A DNA stretch of 51,349 bases, filler included, from Sphacelaria rigidula (taxonomy: Eukaryota), in NCBI GenBank assembly GCA_964200075.2. It is 4 parts of 4 records of this genome, joined end to end, with 100 filler letters (N's around TTAATTAATTAA, not from the genome) between each part and the next. Parts side by side here need not be neighbours in the genome. Positions count along the whole stretch, not along the records: positions 25,729 to 38,489 come from CAXNAA020003438.1; positions 38,590 to 51,349 come from CAXNAA020003439.1; 2 more parts are not named here. One strand, 5' to 3'. The notes under the pieces were generated by a model. It was not told where the DNA came from. It made no database searches and saw nothing but the letters and a program-made list of their open reading frames with translations. The position numbers and the translations under genes were made by a program. Below are positions 33,256-45,725 of this stretch, in pieces; positions within the stretch are counted from its first letter, which is position 1; each line of letters starts with the position of its first letter.

Positions 33256-34727
33256 ACGTGGAGGAAAATGCACATGTGGAAAACTAACCGTCTGGTACTC
33301 TCATTATTTACTTCAATGAGTCACGACCAACGACGTTTCAACAGAAGGGCAAACGCCACACCATGCCTGTGCACTCTGCACTTGTTGGAGTTTTGGAAGT
33401 TTCAAAGCACGTATTACCACAGGCACACCAGCATCATGGCACATGTCAGATAACCATACAACGTAGGGGGAGGTGGGTCGGGGGGGGGTAGCTCCGTTGG
33501 CCTCAAGGCGGAAATAGAGTTCGACCCGACGACCGAAGCAGCGCGAAATGCATATACTGGCTGTGCGTACGAATATGAGATGATTTTGTTTTCAGACCCT
33601 AGAGCACATAAAAGTTTTCAGATTTTGGTGCATATCACGTACATTACATACTTGTTGTGAGAGTCACTGTAACATCAGGAGACGTGCAGCACCACGAGAG
33701 AGCGGAGGGGATCATCAAGAAGCATCAAGAAGCATCAACAACGGACTCAACGGCACAATGCCGGAGCATTTCATTTACTCGAGAATAGTGATCTTTCGCT
33801 GGCCACCAGCTTGAATGCACCCCGTTCCGGACGAAGCAGATCTCGACGACCACAGCAAAGATTCTCGCGCCGTTTGTCCCGTGGTGCTGTGCGTGAGCTG
33901 GTCTGTGGTATGTTGAGTTCGCATTTTGGTTTTCCTCGGAGAAGAACGCCGGTAGAAGACATGTATAAATACACATGTTGAAAATAGCATATTTTTTGCA
34001 GTTCCGTCACCGTCAAGGAGGGATACAGACAACAAGTTTTATTCACAAACCGAAGACGATACATATCCAGGTGCCTTCTTCACCTTCGGCATGAGGCAGA
34101 TCATCACCGCTGCGTACATGAGCTCAATACGCGATGCTTAAGCCTCCTTTAGTGTGGTCAGATGAAAAACTTCATGACATAACCTTGCAAGAAAAACTAA
34201 GGTAATATTTCTAGTGGTCGCGGGGAACTGTCTTGCTTTTAGGGTGTCGAACGGGTCCTCCAACCGATGCCAACGGGTCCTCCAACCGATGCCAACGGGA
34301 TGTGCTGGGTGCATCACGCCTAGCGCCCTCCGCAATAATTTCACTTTTTTTGGAAGCCGTGGATGCGCCAGATATAAAGGCACAGTGACACATGATCGTG
34401 TGTTGCCCTCAGAATTTCCGCCTTGGGGTGCCCCTCCGAGGACATCTCCGACGGCGAAGAGCTCGTTGCCTCCGTCGGTGGCCGCCGAAAAGACCTCCGC
34501 CGGATAGGCACATGGCGCCGATTGAATCGGAGGTCTATTTTCCGCCTTGCTGGTATTGTCTCAAATGCCCGTCCTCTACTCTATCCTGACTAGCTTCGGA
34601 CCGTTGGGTTGGGGTCCTATGCTTCTTCTGTGACGGTATGAGGAAGCGTATTTTTCCAGTGTGTCACCACCTCTACTAATGCCTACTCGACATCTGCCTC
34701 GCTCGCGTTGTGTTACGCCGTGTGCAG

Positions 34728-34796
34728 GACCACCTTCGATCGATTTGCACCAAGGGTGCTAAGGCCACGCTCGCGGAGGTCATGACCAGTGTTTGA
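34728..34796 (+). CDS. M2DH: Mannitol-2-dehydrogenase terminal exon
   Basis: tgcag|GAC...TGA encodes DHLRSICTKGAKATLAEVMTSV*, which matches the family's C-terminal LxxxxxxGAxATL helix. Confidence 0.85.
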   Translation, partial: DHLRSICTKGAKATLAEVMTSV

Positions 34797-37700
34797 GCTA
34801 CGATAACCTTTTGCAGTATGATAGCCTTTACAAGGGAAGGCCTACTAGGGTCAGTGGCCTCTGAATTTGTGTTGGCTTGCAGCTTTCGGTTGAGAGCTTG
34901 AGCTGTGACAGCTGTGACACTTGTGAAACTTGGAGAGAGTTGGCTTTCGCCCCCCTCCGTTTGTGAGTACCGCTACCCAGCGCCGTCGCTTTCAGTGGAG
35001 AATGACAGGACGCATGTGCAAGCGATGATCCGGGGATGTATTGGGTTGCCTCCAAGTATAGTACAACTAGAGTGATGTATAGCATGTTTCGAGGTTGTGT
35101 TCTGTAGGGTATAGGGGATGGAATTCGGGTATTTTTACAGGTTTAAAGGAGGAAGCTCATCGGTAAATACTCTCCGGAATCATACCGAGTTGTTCGGAAC
35201 GAGGCTCGATACCCTGCCGGACCATACCGGAATGCTCCATACACATTCCGGTGTGGTTTAGTATTCCGACCAAAAATCCCACACTTCCGGGTATACCCTG
35301 CAATAGGTACAGAACACTACCTTCTAATGTGTGGCTTCCTTTTCTTTATGGTGTCGTCGAGTTGAAACCTTTTTTTTTCTTTGAGAAATGCAAATATTTC
35401 TTTTTCAGGAAATTTGGTTTGAAGAGAGAGGAAAAAATGTGAGCTTTGCCAAGGGACTGCTGTTATGATGGAGGTTTCGTGTATAGCACGTTCTTCTTCG
35501 GCAGAGCTACTTTTCTAGAGTCATCTCTACGTCAAAACAAAAAACAAAAACGAAGCACGAACATGTTGTTCCGGGCTGTGCAGCACCAATCGCTATTACT
35601 CGCGTATGTTGTCGTTTTCCGGTGTTGTGATGGCCAAGTAAGACAAAACTGACACACAGAACCTCTAGTAGGGGGCAGTGAGAGCGGTAGCGTTGGCCGG
35701 GTGTTTTATGAGGGCGAAGTAAACTGGTGAGCAGCAGGATCGTGGGGGGCGATTTTTGTGTAATGAAGTGTACCTACAAATCCGGTAGATGTGCATGGTG
35801 ACGTTTTGTGTTGGTTGTTTTCGGAGAAGGAAAAGCACACTCACCACGCTGAAATCGAATCGGATTGTCGCGTAGAAGGCTGAACATTATTTTCGTTTAT
35901 GCGCTTCACTTCATTGATGTGTTTTCGCGACATAATGGTAGAAGAGACATGAGCGTAACACGATCTTGGGGTGGGAGAAGGAGCGACGACTTTTTTTATT
36001 TTCCTTTTTCGGCAAACGGCAGCAATAAGCTTGTTTTAGGACTGCCTGCCGCCATTGCATCGTCATTGCTTGGCGACAGAGGCGGGTGAGTATCCATAAC
36101 GCACAGGCATTGCCATGTCTTTGTTTCGTGGCGTTTAGTGTTTTATTTTCGCATATGAAGAAGAGGACACGCCGGTGGTACACACACACACACATGCACA
36201 AGCTTGGCGATTGGTTAGTAATTTCTCTGGAGATGAGATCTCCTCGTGTCGCATGTGAACCTCGCCAAGCACGCCCTACATGCACATGTATTTCGGTGAA
36301 GTGAGTGTTGTACTTGTGCGTAGCGCAAGCGTGACAGGCCGTTGGTCGCTCGCTACGCGCGATTCTGATTATGAGTCCTTCCAATACTTTTGGTTCCCTG
36401 CACAGTAGGAACCAGGAACCGCACGCTGAGCCGCTGCATAGCCATACAGTCAGGAGGATATTTCCCCGGAGAAACAGGAGTTGAGTGCACCTGTTTTTCG
36501 TGTACTGCATCGCCATGCAAGGTTAAAGTTGTGCCAGGGGGGTCGGGGGGGGGGACATAATATATCTCTTCACTCTTGGGGACTGTCCCTCATGAATGGA
36601 TAGTAGATGGCAACGGAGGGGGCGCGAGGGGCGGGGCTGAGGTAGTCGAGGTTTTAATGTCTGTACCCCGTTCCGGGGGTGTAGGGGTGTAGGGATGTAG
36701 CGGTACTGGTGCAGATGGTACCACTGGCAGCACGCATGGTCCGCTCAGTTCGTTATGATGTTTGATGGTTTTTTGATGTTTGATGGGGCTACTCTGTCGC
36801 ATGTGTAGGGACAACGTTTTCACATCGAACCCTATCTTGAGATGCACCCGCCGTTTCTCCTTGTTCGTTACTCTACTGCGCGCCTTATGGTGATACGAGA
36901 GGCGATGTACGTTTGCGCTGTTTGTACTCTGGCGTCCATGGCTTCTTCCAGCCTGCGGGGGTACTCCATGTGTCTCACTGCCGCGAGCTACAGTGGATCC
37001 ATTTTTTTGTTTTAATTAATGCCCGTCACATGAGTTGTCTCATGAGAGATGGATGCTGCTCTCGCTTCACGCAAGCATCGAAGCGTTCATCTCCCTTCTT
37101 GACTCGATGTTGGTCACCCCTCCACCGAAGTTCATCGGCTTGGGCAACATTTCGCGAAACAGTTAGAAGGCCATCATGGTCCACATGGTTCCGTATTGAT
37201 GGGTACCTTGTCAATCGGGTGGTTGGTTTCCCTTTCCTCCAGTGTGTCCATACCGTGCGTACCGTACATACATAGCTGTGCCTTCCAGCACTATGGTCTG
37301 CAGGAGTGCAATATTTTTTCAGTAGCTTTCTGTATGGTATTATATCCAGATTCTTTCAGGCCCTTGTTTTTTCGGAGAGTTCATGGGAGCATGTTCCGTT
37401 TGCTGTCGTTTCTCGTGGGTTGTAGCGGTTGCTCGCCACTCGGTTTTTCATACTGGCTTGTGTCTACAGGGGGTGTGGTTTCTAGTCTCACACGTTTTGA
37501 TGCTGCTCTTGGCCAATGTAACGAAGAAACGGAAGGCAACGCAAATGGCTGTACGGCAGATATACGCTTGGTATCGAATGATACATTTGTTTCTGCTTGA
37601 CGTCACATCGTGACATCCATACCTGCTCTTCCTGCACAGTGCTCACTGTAACTGGACAAAATACCTTTTACTACAACAGCCCTACAACAGCCCCGTGCGG

Positions 37701-38489
37701 GGTACCTACTTTTGCACTTGTGCACCGTTGCATGGTACGACAGTACACAGTAGTAGAAGTAATAACACTGCTGCTGTTGTTGGTTTCAAGTTTTAAAGTG
37801 GACTGTAGATGTGTATCATGACGTAAGACATACACTACTCTCCTCTGCCCTCATGGGTGCCCTTCCTTCCTTCCGTGTGGCGCATTCTCGTTTCCGTTCC
37901 ACATATATTTTGAACATGCCGAGTTTAAACCTGCGCTGCTTGCATATTCCGGAGCGGTCAGCCTGTATTTGCCTGGCTTGACTGCACTTTTACACCATAT
38001 ACATGCGACTGTGGACTGGAAACCCATGAACAGCCTGGATTCGTTCTTGAGGCTCAACATTGAATTGAGCTTCAACGGACCATTGAAATTCCATTCACTT
38101 TGTTCAAAAGGCTCGGGATTCGCAACCGCTTTCGACCATGTGCCCCTAACGCAAAAGTTGCTGCATGGCCGCGAAATCATGATGCTGAGGAGTCCAACAG
38201 AATAGCGACCGTTATTCCTTGTGCCGCATCTTTCGAGCAACCCCTCCCTGCGTCTAAGCGCTACGGAACACGTGACAAAGCATGCTGGAAACATACTTAT
38301 TTGAACTAGTCGTCGAGTTTTCGAGCGCCTCTTGTTGAGTATGTGGAAGAGACTTCATACTGTTGCGCCGGCGACGACCGCCGTCGGCGAAACGACCCAA
38401 TGAGGCGTCGCAGACGCCAACGATCTTTGAAACGCATCATCATTCAAACACGGGATCTTACAAATTGGGGATGGATATTGTTTTGGAGA

Positions 38490-38589
38490 NNNNNNNNNNN
38501 NNNNNNNNNNNNNNNNNNNNNNNNNNNNNNNNNTTAATTAATTAANNNNNNNNNNNNNNNNNNNNNNNNNNNNNNNNNNNNNNNNNNNN
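38490..38589. other. Artificial contig spacer with TTAATTAATTAA linker
   Basis: 100-bp N run with the linker at 38534-38545. Confidence 0.97.
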
Positions 38590-39073
38590 TTTTGTACGAA
38601 AGAAAAAAAAAAAAAACATTCCGCCCCCCTTTTTTTTTTCCCCCGCCCCCCCCCCCCCCCCCTCCCCTTCTCATCCAACAACTTGGACACGGAAACTGAG
38701 ACAGAGAGAGGAGGCTCGACGACGACCTTGAAACCAAGGAAAGAAAGAAACTACTACCCCCCTCGGCCCGATGTAGCACCTCAGCTTCGAGCCGTGACGC
38801 GCAAAGCTCACCGTTTCATGATGGGGGCGGTTCTCAATCGTCAGTACTGCCAAGACGAGAGGGAAACGTTCACTTCGTAGAGTTTTTCTCTGCATTATCG
38901 AATTTCTTGACGGATTCCGATAGGAGGAGTACCCGGCTTGGGTTTTTTAGTTCTCATTTTCCACACGAATGTCCTTGCACGATGAACCAAGCAACCGTCG
39001 ACGTCCAAGGCGACTCTCAAGGAAACACGGGCCCATCAAGGCGGGACAAAAAATAGACTACAGAATAGCTCAC

Positions 39074-39235
39074 CTGAGACCGTAAAAGCCCTTTGGAACG
39101 CGCCATTTGCGAGGCTCCCGCCTGTGTGCGCTGCTGCTGCTCCCGCTCACCTCACTATTGGTATCGTGTTCCTCCTCCTCCACCGCCTCGGCCACACAGC
39201 CGGGGAGAGAAATGACACCTCGGGGTTTCTTGTCA
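39074..39235 (-). CDS. EF-hand/PH (CDPK7-like) protein, PH-domain exon
   Basis: gcag|...|gtgag, phase 2/2. Encodes (S)DKKPRGVISLPGCVAEAV...GFYGL, the PH strand motif PxGxIxLxG. Confidence 0.85.
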
Positions 39236-39910
39236 CTGCAAGTTCATGACGAACAACGAAAATTGTTCATGTTTGTAAGGAGTCATCCAGAGGGGCAATT
39301 CCGGATATTTTAGTGGACCGGGACGTGAAACATAGAATGGATCACGAAAGGGGGAAGGACGAACAAACTGGATCTCAAGCACCAGGCTGGACAAGCAGTT
39401 CACAAGTCAATGATGACCGTGTGATAAAACTTGGAAATATTCCTTGCACGTACGGTGACCACAGGTTCCCGAGATGGAACAAGTAATGATATAATAGTGA
39501 TGAAAATGAGAACATGATGCACAATTATTCAACAGGGCATCACCGCCGAACGTGGCGTTGTTTACGCACTTTCATTAAAAAAAAACACTCCGGTTTGAAA
39601 CAAAAACCACAACTACACGATGAAAAGGAAGGAAGCGCACCAGGAACGTGCGCAACATGTCAAAAACGGCCACGTGTCGCCATCAGAAACCTCAGGGCCA
39701 GCGAGATATCACGCCCACCATAGAACACGGAAACAAACGGGGATGAAGGAGGGCATCAGAGCAAACGGTGGGTGCGTGGACAACTAGCCAAAAATTTGAT
39801 GACCCCAAACACAAACCAAAATATGAATAACAACAATAGCGTGCAAGACAGCCACACCCATGCGTGACCTCCCCGATCTACGGCCGCCCCCCGCGGAAAT
39901 AACAACGCAC

Positions 39911-41860
39911 CTGGGACGAAGGAAGTAGTACAGTGTGTTATCCACGAGCATGAACCACCGCTTCACCACGCGCACCGACCCAGGCTTCCACATGTACCCA
40001 TCTAATGCCACAATTCCATGGCTGTTGTACAGACAGTCACGCACGACGGCTTCCGCCCCAACCGTAGGTGCCATAGCAGGGTGTCCAGGATACCCCACCA
40101 ACAAGTCGGACGGAATGTTCATCTCTGCCTCTGGTACGCCAAGCCCAGATCCAGCCTCAACCTGGGTAATCTCTCTCGAGCTGCGATCACCGACTGTGCG
40201 ATCGTATCCTCCACCAACGCCACCTTTGCGTACGACTTCCATATTTCTACTGCCACGCTTGCCGCTGTTTCGGGAGGCCGGGGTTCCACCGCCATTTCGA
40301 TTGTGCATGGCAGTAGCAGTGCTGATATCGCCGTCCGCGAGGATCTCGCCTCCTGCGCTCCTCATTACATCAGCCATGTCGAGCTCCACCGCCGGGTTGT
40401 CCTCCTCGCGCGTTCTCTCCTGCGATGTTGGATCATTGTCATCATCTTGTAACCTTGATGCGTCGATGGTCGGGTTGGCGCTGCGACGCGCTTTCACAGG
40501 CGAAGTACTTATACTCCACTTGCCCTTCACGTGTCCCATCTCTGCGGCCTTGACGGGGCCAGAACCCCATGCATTCGGGGGTGTGCCGCTGGAATCGCGG
40601 TCTGGTTTGCCGCCGACTTTTGCGGCGTTTTTGTGGGAGTTGAGGCGTCCCGCCGAGGTCGGGGTGGCCGATCTCATGAGGTTGGTCAGCTTCGCACTGT
40701 CGACGTGCGAAAATGATCGCGAGTGCCGCAAGATCGGCTTGAAACGCCGCTTTTTCTCGTCCCCGTCGGCGCCAACACCACCCATTTTGATCACACCGCC
40801 GTCGTGCGCCGGCGCTCCAGCGTCTCTTTCTGCGAGCGACAGAGCTACGAGGTCTTCACATGATAAGTGCGATGTACCCTTGGCCCGGGCCATGTTCTCC
40901 AGCTTGCGTGCCTTGCCTGATAGCTCCCTGCCGATTGGGCTATGTCTGCCGTTCCTCATGGGGGGCAGCGTCGACCTGACGGCACCAGGTGCGATCTCGC
41001 TCGTCGATCGTCGCAAAACCGCGACAGGCTTGACAATACCACCACCACCACTACTGGCGACGGCCGAATGCAACGGGTCTCGTTGGCGGATGCGGCTAGA
41101 CGAGAGTAGCAGGGGCATATCGTCATTTTTCTTAGCGGAAGGAAGCGGCGCAGCCTTGGCCAACCCCGGACGAGCCTCTGGGCTACTGACCCCCGAATCA
41201 TCATTGAATGCGCTGTCATCCCCTCCTGACCCCTTTCTACTCACCGGCTCTCCCGAGTCGCCCCATCGCCATACTTCCTGAGGCGATGCTCGTTCGCTGC
41301 CCCGAACCCCACCTCGCAGCTTCGATGACAACGGCCTCCCAACTAATTCCGCACTTCCAACCGTCGGCAAGGTCGCCCCACCACCGACGTTGTGGTAATC
41401 CGAAAAAGAGTGCCCACGGCGGAGCCCACCGCAGCCACCACGTTTTGGGCTGTTGGCGGATATGAGCCCTTGGCCCACAATCGGCGACCGCAAGAGATTG
41501 TCGTAAGATGTATTCCGACTATGCACACGACCCGGGGTCCTCGCATTTGCCGCCGCGCCTCCCGGGGTCCTTGCACCTGCCGCGATCCCCCCCGGTGGAC
41601 CTGGCGGCACCGGCGCCGAATCGTCGAAGAAACCCCAACTCGAAGACGTTCCGGCCGTCGGAGGGCCGCAGTCTCCACCCACTGAGATCACTGGCTCGAG
41701 GTGGCGCTGGCTGCGCCTGGGGGTGGACGGCCGCGTGCTAGGGCGACTGGCGGTCCAGCCCACGACGGTGGCGACAGCAGTCACAGCGGCGTCCGAGTTG
41801 GAAGAGGGTCGACGAGCAGGTACCTCGTCCACCAGGCTCTCGCATGAGGCTCGGCGAGCT
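39911..41860 (-). CDS. EF-hand/PH (CDPK7-like) protein, 1950-nt exon encoding a disordered linker and the start of the PH domain
   Basis: The acceptor ttaacag|A at 41860 is the one in phase with the upstream exon, and the donor is AG|gtgcgt. The exon ends LDGYMWKPGSVRVVKRWFMLVDNTLYYF (PH beta1-beta3). It lies within the 715-aa ORF. Confidence 0.88.
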
Positions 41861-42449
41861 CTGTTAAGGGCGACGGTTCGGTGGGTGGGGGCACGCGTGC
41901 GAGGGGAGGGATGAAGAGAGTCAGCTGACACTTAATTTGGGCGTATACGTTGAAGATACTAAAACAAAAATGGTGTTTTGAGTCGTGGTCAGCCTCTCTC
42001 AGAGAATGTGTAGAGTAAGAGTCACATTGCTCTACATCATCCAACAATATGGCATCACATTTGGAAGCAGGCGGCTCGAGTTCGAGAACTTGTGAGATAG
42101 TTCTGAGGGCACCGACGTCAACAAGAAAACCAGCAGTTCCTCTGACAAGCAAATCCAAATGCTGTCCTCAGCAAAGCAGAAACAGTCGTGCGAGCAAACC
42201 CGACTAGCCATATATCGTACTACTTACCCAGCTATACGCCAGAACCATGAACGTGAATCGAGTGCAAACATTCTGATCTTGAAGCAGCCCATATCAGTTC
42301 ACGTTTTAATGCAGTCCTTTATGCCTGTACGCTCGTAAACGACTAGTCCGTCAGCAAACGTTTCTCAGCTTCTCCTGGTCAAACTGATAATATAGCCTAG
42401 CCAACCCCTAAAAGATGGAGGTGCCTAGCCTAGCCGGCCCAAAACACAC

Positions 42450-42568
42450 CTGGGCGACGTGGCCAGAGAAAAGTGCGCGTCGGTCGGAAAAGCTCCTTGC
42501 AGCAGCGCCTGGATAGCCGGGGTCTGCTGGGCCCAGTTCTGAAACTGGTCAAATGTGAAAGCTTCGCC
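42450..42568 (-). CDS. EF-hand/PH (CDPK7-like) protein exon
   Basis: tcag|GGC...AG|gtgtg encodes GEAFTFDQFQNWAQQTPAIQALLQGAFP, a degenerate EF-hand exit helix. Confidence 0.85.
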
Positions 42569-42851
42569 CTGACGGATGCAAAGGTCGAAACAAAACCACC
42601 GGACAAGACATGATGGCACGCGCCAAGTTTCATGGGAGCTCGTACACAAATCAGTAACGTGACACACTGGCAACGAACCTTCCCTTCACCTCCTCCACAG
42701 ATCATCATCATGATGGATTACTTCGCACACGACGCGGCTTGCAGTTGCGACTAGGTGTAGGTGTCAAGTTTTCGGATAAGCGGGACGAACAGCAATTCTC
42801 ACCAATTCTCAAACCGCTCGATGATTACACATGACGTGTTAGGCGGCTTAG

Positions 42852-44029
42852 TACGAGCTGGGTCGGCCTTGACGCGAATTTATGGTATGCGGACCCCGTC
42901 TCCCCTCAATTTTGCGAGTTAGAATTTGAAATTAGGTACGGAGGTCTAATGGGGCATGACAAAAAGCTGTCGATCTGATTTTTTTTGTGAATTGATGGAT
43001 TGATGGCCACAATTAGTACAGTACCTAGATATCAGGAAAATACCGTGAATTAACGATAAAAAAAATGCTGGTCCCAGTCGACAGCTTTTTCGCATGCACT
43101 GTTCTTCCCATGTACCGCATTTCTAGTCCAACTCGCAAGTTTGTAGTGAGACGGGGCGATTGAGGAACCAGGGGATGGGATAAATGCGGAACGACATTTT
43201 CCATAGCAATATACCGGCCCTCGCTAGGCCAGAACGAACCAAAAAAGTGGGTTCGGTGGATTTTCATCACCTTCTCTTCCACTTGTTCAAGACGTTGTAG
43301 TGTAGTGAAGACCATATTTTCACGACAACGCCCATACCTCGCCGAATAAGCAATTGAAGGCCCACTTTTTTTCTCCGACATGCCTTCGCGATTCTCCATG
43401 ATGAGTTTCGAATCTCGATTCTAAAAACTTTGCTGAACAACTGAGATGAGGTCGGATAGCATTGTTTATTTTCCTTACGACCCCCCTCAGAAAACGATAG
43501 AAAAAGTTGAAAAAAAAACGAGAAAAAACAAAAAAAGGAAACATGCTGATTTTTTTTTTACATTATGCACTAGCGATTCCCAATTCGAAATTTCAAAGCA
43601 CAACTCCCACACACCGAGACGTAGTATCCAGATTTAGTGCATTTAGTGCCGCCGCTAAAAATATATTGATTCTAGTATCAAAATCGTGTGCGCCACAACT
43701 CGAGTAAAATACGGATGAGGCGAAAGTGAGGGTATCAATCGTTTCCCAGTACTCCAGTGAATGTCTCCACCAAAAATTGTTGCCATCCGTTGTATATATT
43801 ATTCGGGGTTCAATGTCTACTCTAGTATGGACGTGATCTCCGTACGGTATAGCAATTAGTATACATGGAATTAAATCAACGAGAAAAATTGGCCCAGACT
43901 TTGGAGCACATGGACACCTTTCCCATGATCAGACGATTTATACGACATGCAAATCACGACCCAACTCGTCTGTGTCGATGAGATATTGCGTTGAGAGCTC
44001 AAATCCGCACAAGGCCGGCCCAGCTCGTA
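42852..44029. mobile_element. 1.18-kb non-autonomous TIR element (TA-CGAGCTGGG family) in an intron
   Basis: TACGAGCTGGGTCGGCCTTG ... CAAGGCCGGCCCAGCTCGTA (20 bp including TA, one mismatch). The interior is AT-rich, and its left part resembles sequence at about 14535-14630. Confidence 0.85.
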
Positions 44030-44394
44030 GTCATCTTTCATACTGCCCCCACGAATCTCCACGTCCCCACGCGACCGCCTCTTACTAGGGTCATTTGCCT
44101 CGCTGTGAGAACGAGTACACGAGTACCTCCTTCAGGATTTTACCAGTACAGCATTACAGAGCTGCGCGACGACTACATGTCAGCTGTGGGGCTCCACGCC
44201 AAGATGAATGCACAGTTGCGATGAATCGCCGGATATCTGATATTTGAGAGAATGATTCTGCTTCAAAAATATGCCTCGTGTTCCAAGTCATACACGGCCC
44301 GGATATGAGTGAAAACCTCAGGATGCTGTCAGTCAGTATTCAAGTTTTAGGATGAAGACAACAACAACAAGTCAAGTACCGCGACACGACGTAC

Positions 44395-44748
44395 ATTCTC
44401 TGCCCCGAAGTCCTTGAGCGCCTGCTCAGCGATATGCTCGTTGGTGAACGCGGGGTTCACCACCGGCGATTCATCTGCCCCCCTTCTGGTGCTGTTAAGA
44501 GGCTTTTCTCTCCTATCCAACGACATGGACCTTTTCAGGTTCCTTGACGTGGGGGTGGGGCGGGGCACCAGCTCGTTCCCTGCCCGCGATATGTTTTTCC
44601 CCGACCGGCCCCGGCGAAAAGGCGTGGTGGGGACATCTCCGATACGCGGAGTTGAATCTCCGGTGTCGACTCCGCCCCCTATGTTGAGCAGTGTTCGCGG
44701 GACCTGGTTGAGCATGAGCAGAAGCTCATCCCTACTGATCAGCCCGTC
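44395..44748 (-). CDS. EF-hand/PH (CDPK7-like) protein exon
   Basis: cag|GAC...AAT|gtacg, 354 nt. DGLISRDELLLMLNQVP completes the EF-hand loop DMDGDGLISRDEL. Confidence 0.88.
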
Positions 44749-45129
44749 CTGTACAATGATGATGTGATGGGCAGAATCGGGGGGGGAAATGATCATTACA
44801 ACAATATTGGTAAAGTTTACGGAGACCTGGCTAGGTTCTTCAGTACGATCACAAACTACAAGCGCCAAACCTTGTGACGGGAGGTACGACACTTGTGGGC
44901 ATCCTCCATGGGGCTACAAATAGATAGAATCTTACCAAAAACGCTGAAACATCCATCCTGGTACATCGTCCTCTGTACCTGACCTTGCATGTGTACTTAT
45001 CTCGACATCAAAAAGGGAACCAAAATTAGTCATGATCGAAAAAAATTGACTCCGTGGCGTGATTTATCACTTCGAATACACACGCGCACCATCGCATCTA
45101 CGAATAAAAATTCCAGGATTTGAATTTAA

Positions 45130-45228
45130 CCCTTAGACCGCGAGGTTAGTCTTCGGTTGAATCGGCATCAAAGTTCAAGCTGAAAAAAGTATGCATGATC
45201 CAGAAAGACTAATCTCGCGGTCTAACGG
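45130..45228. mobile_element. piggyBac-like MITE, in opposite orientation to 7873-7970
   Basis: TTAA-CCCTTAGACCGCGAG...CTCGCGGTCTAACGG-TCAA. The interior is the reverse complement of 7873-7970. Confidence 0.82.
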
Positions 45229-45585
45229 TCAAGGGAGGAACTGACCCGTCTCACATCCTCACATCCTCACATCCTCGTTTGGCAATCGCTTTTTGCTCCG
45301 ATTGGAGCCGAGCATATCGGCGCATGACTGGGCCAATTCAAGACGTATCAGCTCCTTGATCGTCAGGATGGGCGGTTGTTCGACCAGTATTGTACTCACT
45401 CTAAGGATCGTTGAAAGACCCTCTGGATCGGACTTGGGGGTTAAGGGTACGGTCCGGGTTTCCGCAAATCGGGGCATGTCGGACGTCTAACACGAATAAT
45501 GAAGTGGCCACAAACTTACTCGCTCGCCACAGTAGAGCAGCGAAATGATTATCTAATAGCTCCCAAGTTCATCAATAAGTCTCAC

Positions 45586-45725
45586 CCCATCCATGTCGTA
45601 GACATTGAAGATGAAGCGCATTTTCTCCTCCAGCGATCCGCGGCAGCACACGGCCAGCCCCACAATAAAATCATCGAACGATATCTTGCCCGATCCCGTT
45701 TTGTCCAGAGCAGCAAACAATCGGT
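45586..45725 (-). CDS. EF-hand/PH (CDPK7-like) protein, EF-hand exon (most 5' exon identified)
   Basis: gcag|AC...GGG|gtgag encodes (D)RLFAALDKTGSGKISFDDFIVGLAVCCRGSLEEKMRFIFNVYDMDG, an NCS/calcineurin-B-type EF-hand pair. Confidence 0.9.

Noticed and set aside
34250..34298. 22-bp tandem duplication AACGGGTCCTCCAACCGATGCC
   Set aside because: It is a simple local duplication inside an intronic repeat, with no further structure.
37969..38205. Possible hAT dimerisation-like peptide (SLDSFLRLNIELSFNGP)
   Set aside because: The resemblance is too short, and there is no upstream ERxFS motif.
39935..41281. 448-aa plus-strand ORF
   Set aside because: It is the antisense shadow of the GC-rich 1950-nt exon, and has no domain features or splice logic.
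45259..45477. 72-aa minus-strand ORF as an extra exon of the EF-hand gene
   Set aside because: The flanking exons join directly to form an intact EF-hand loop (DMDG|DGLISRDEL), and inserting this ORF would break it.
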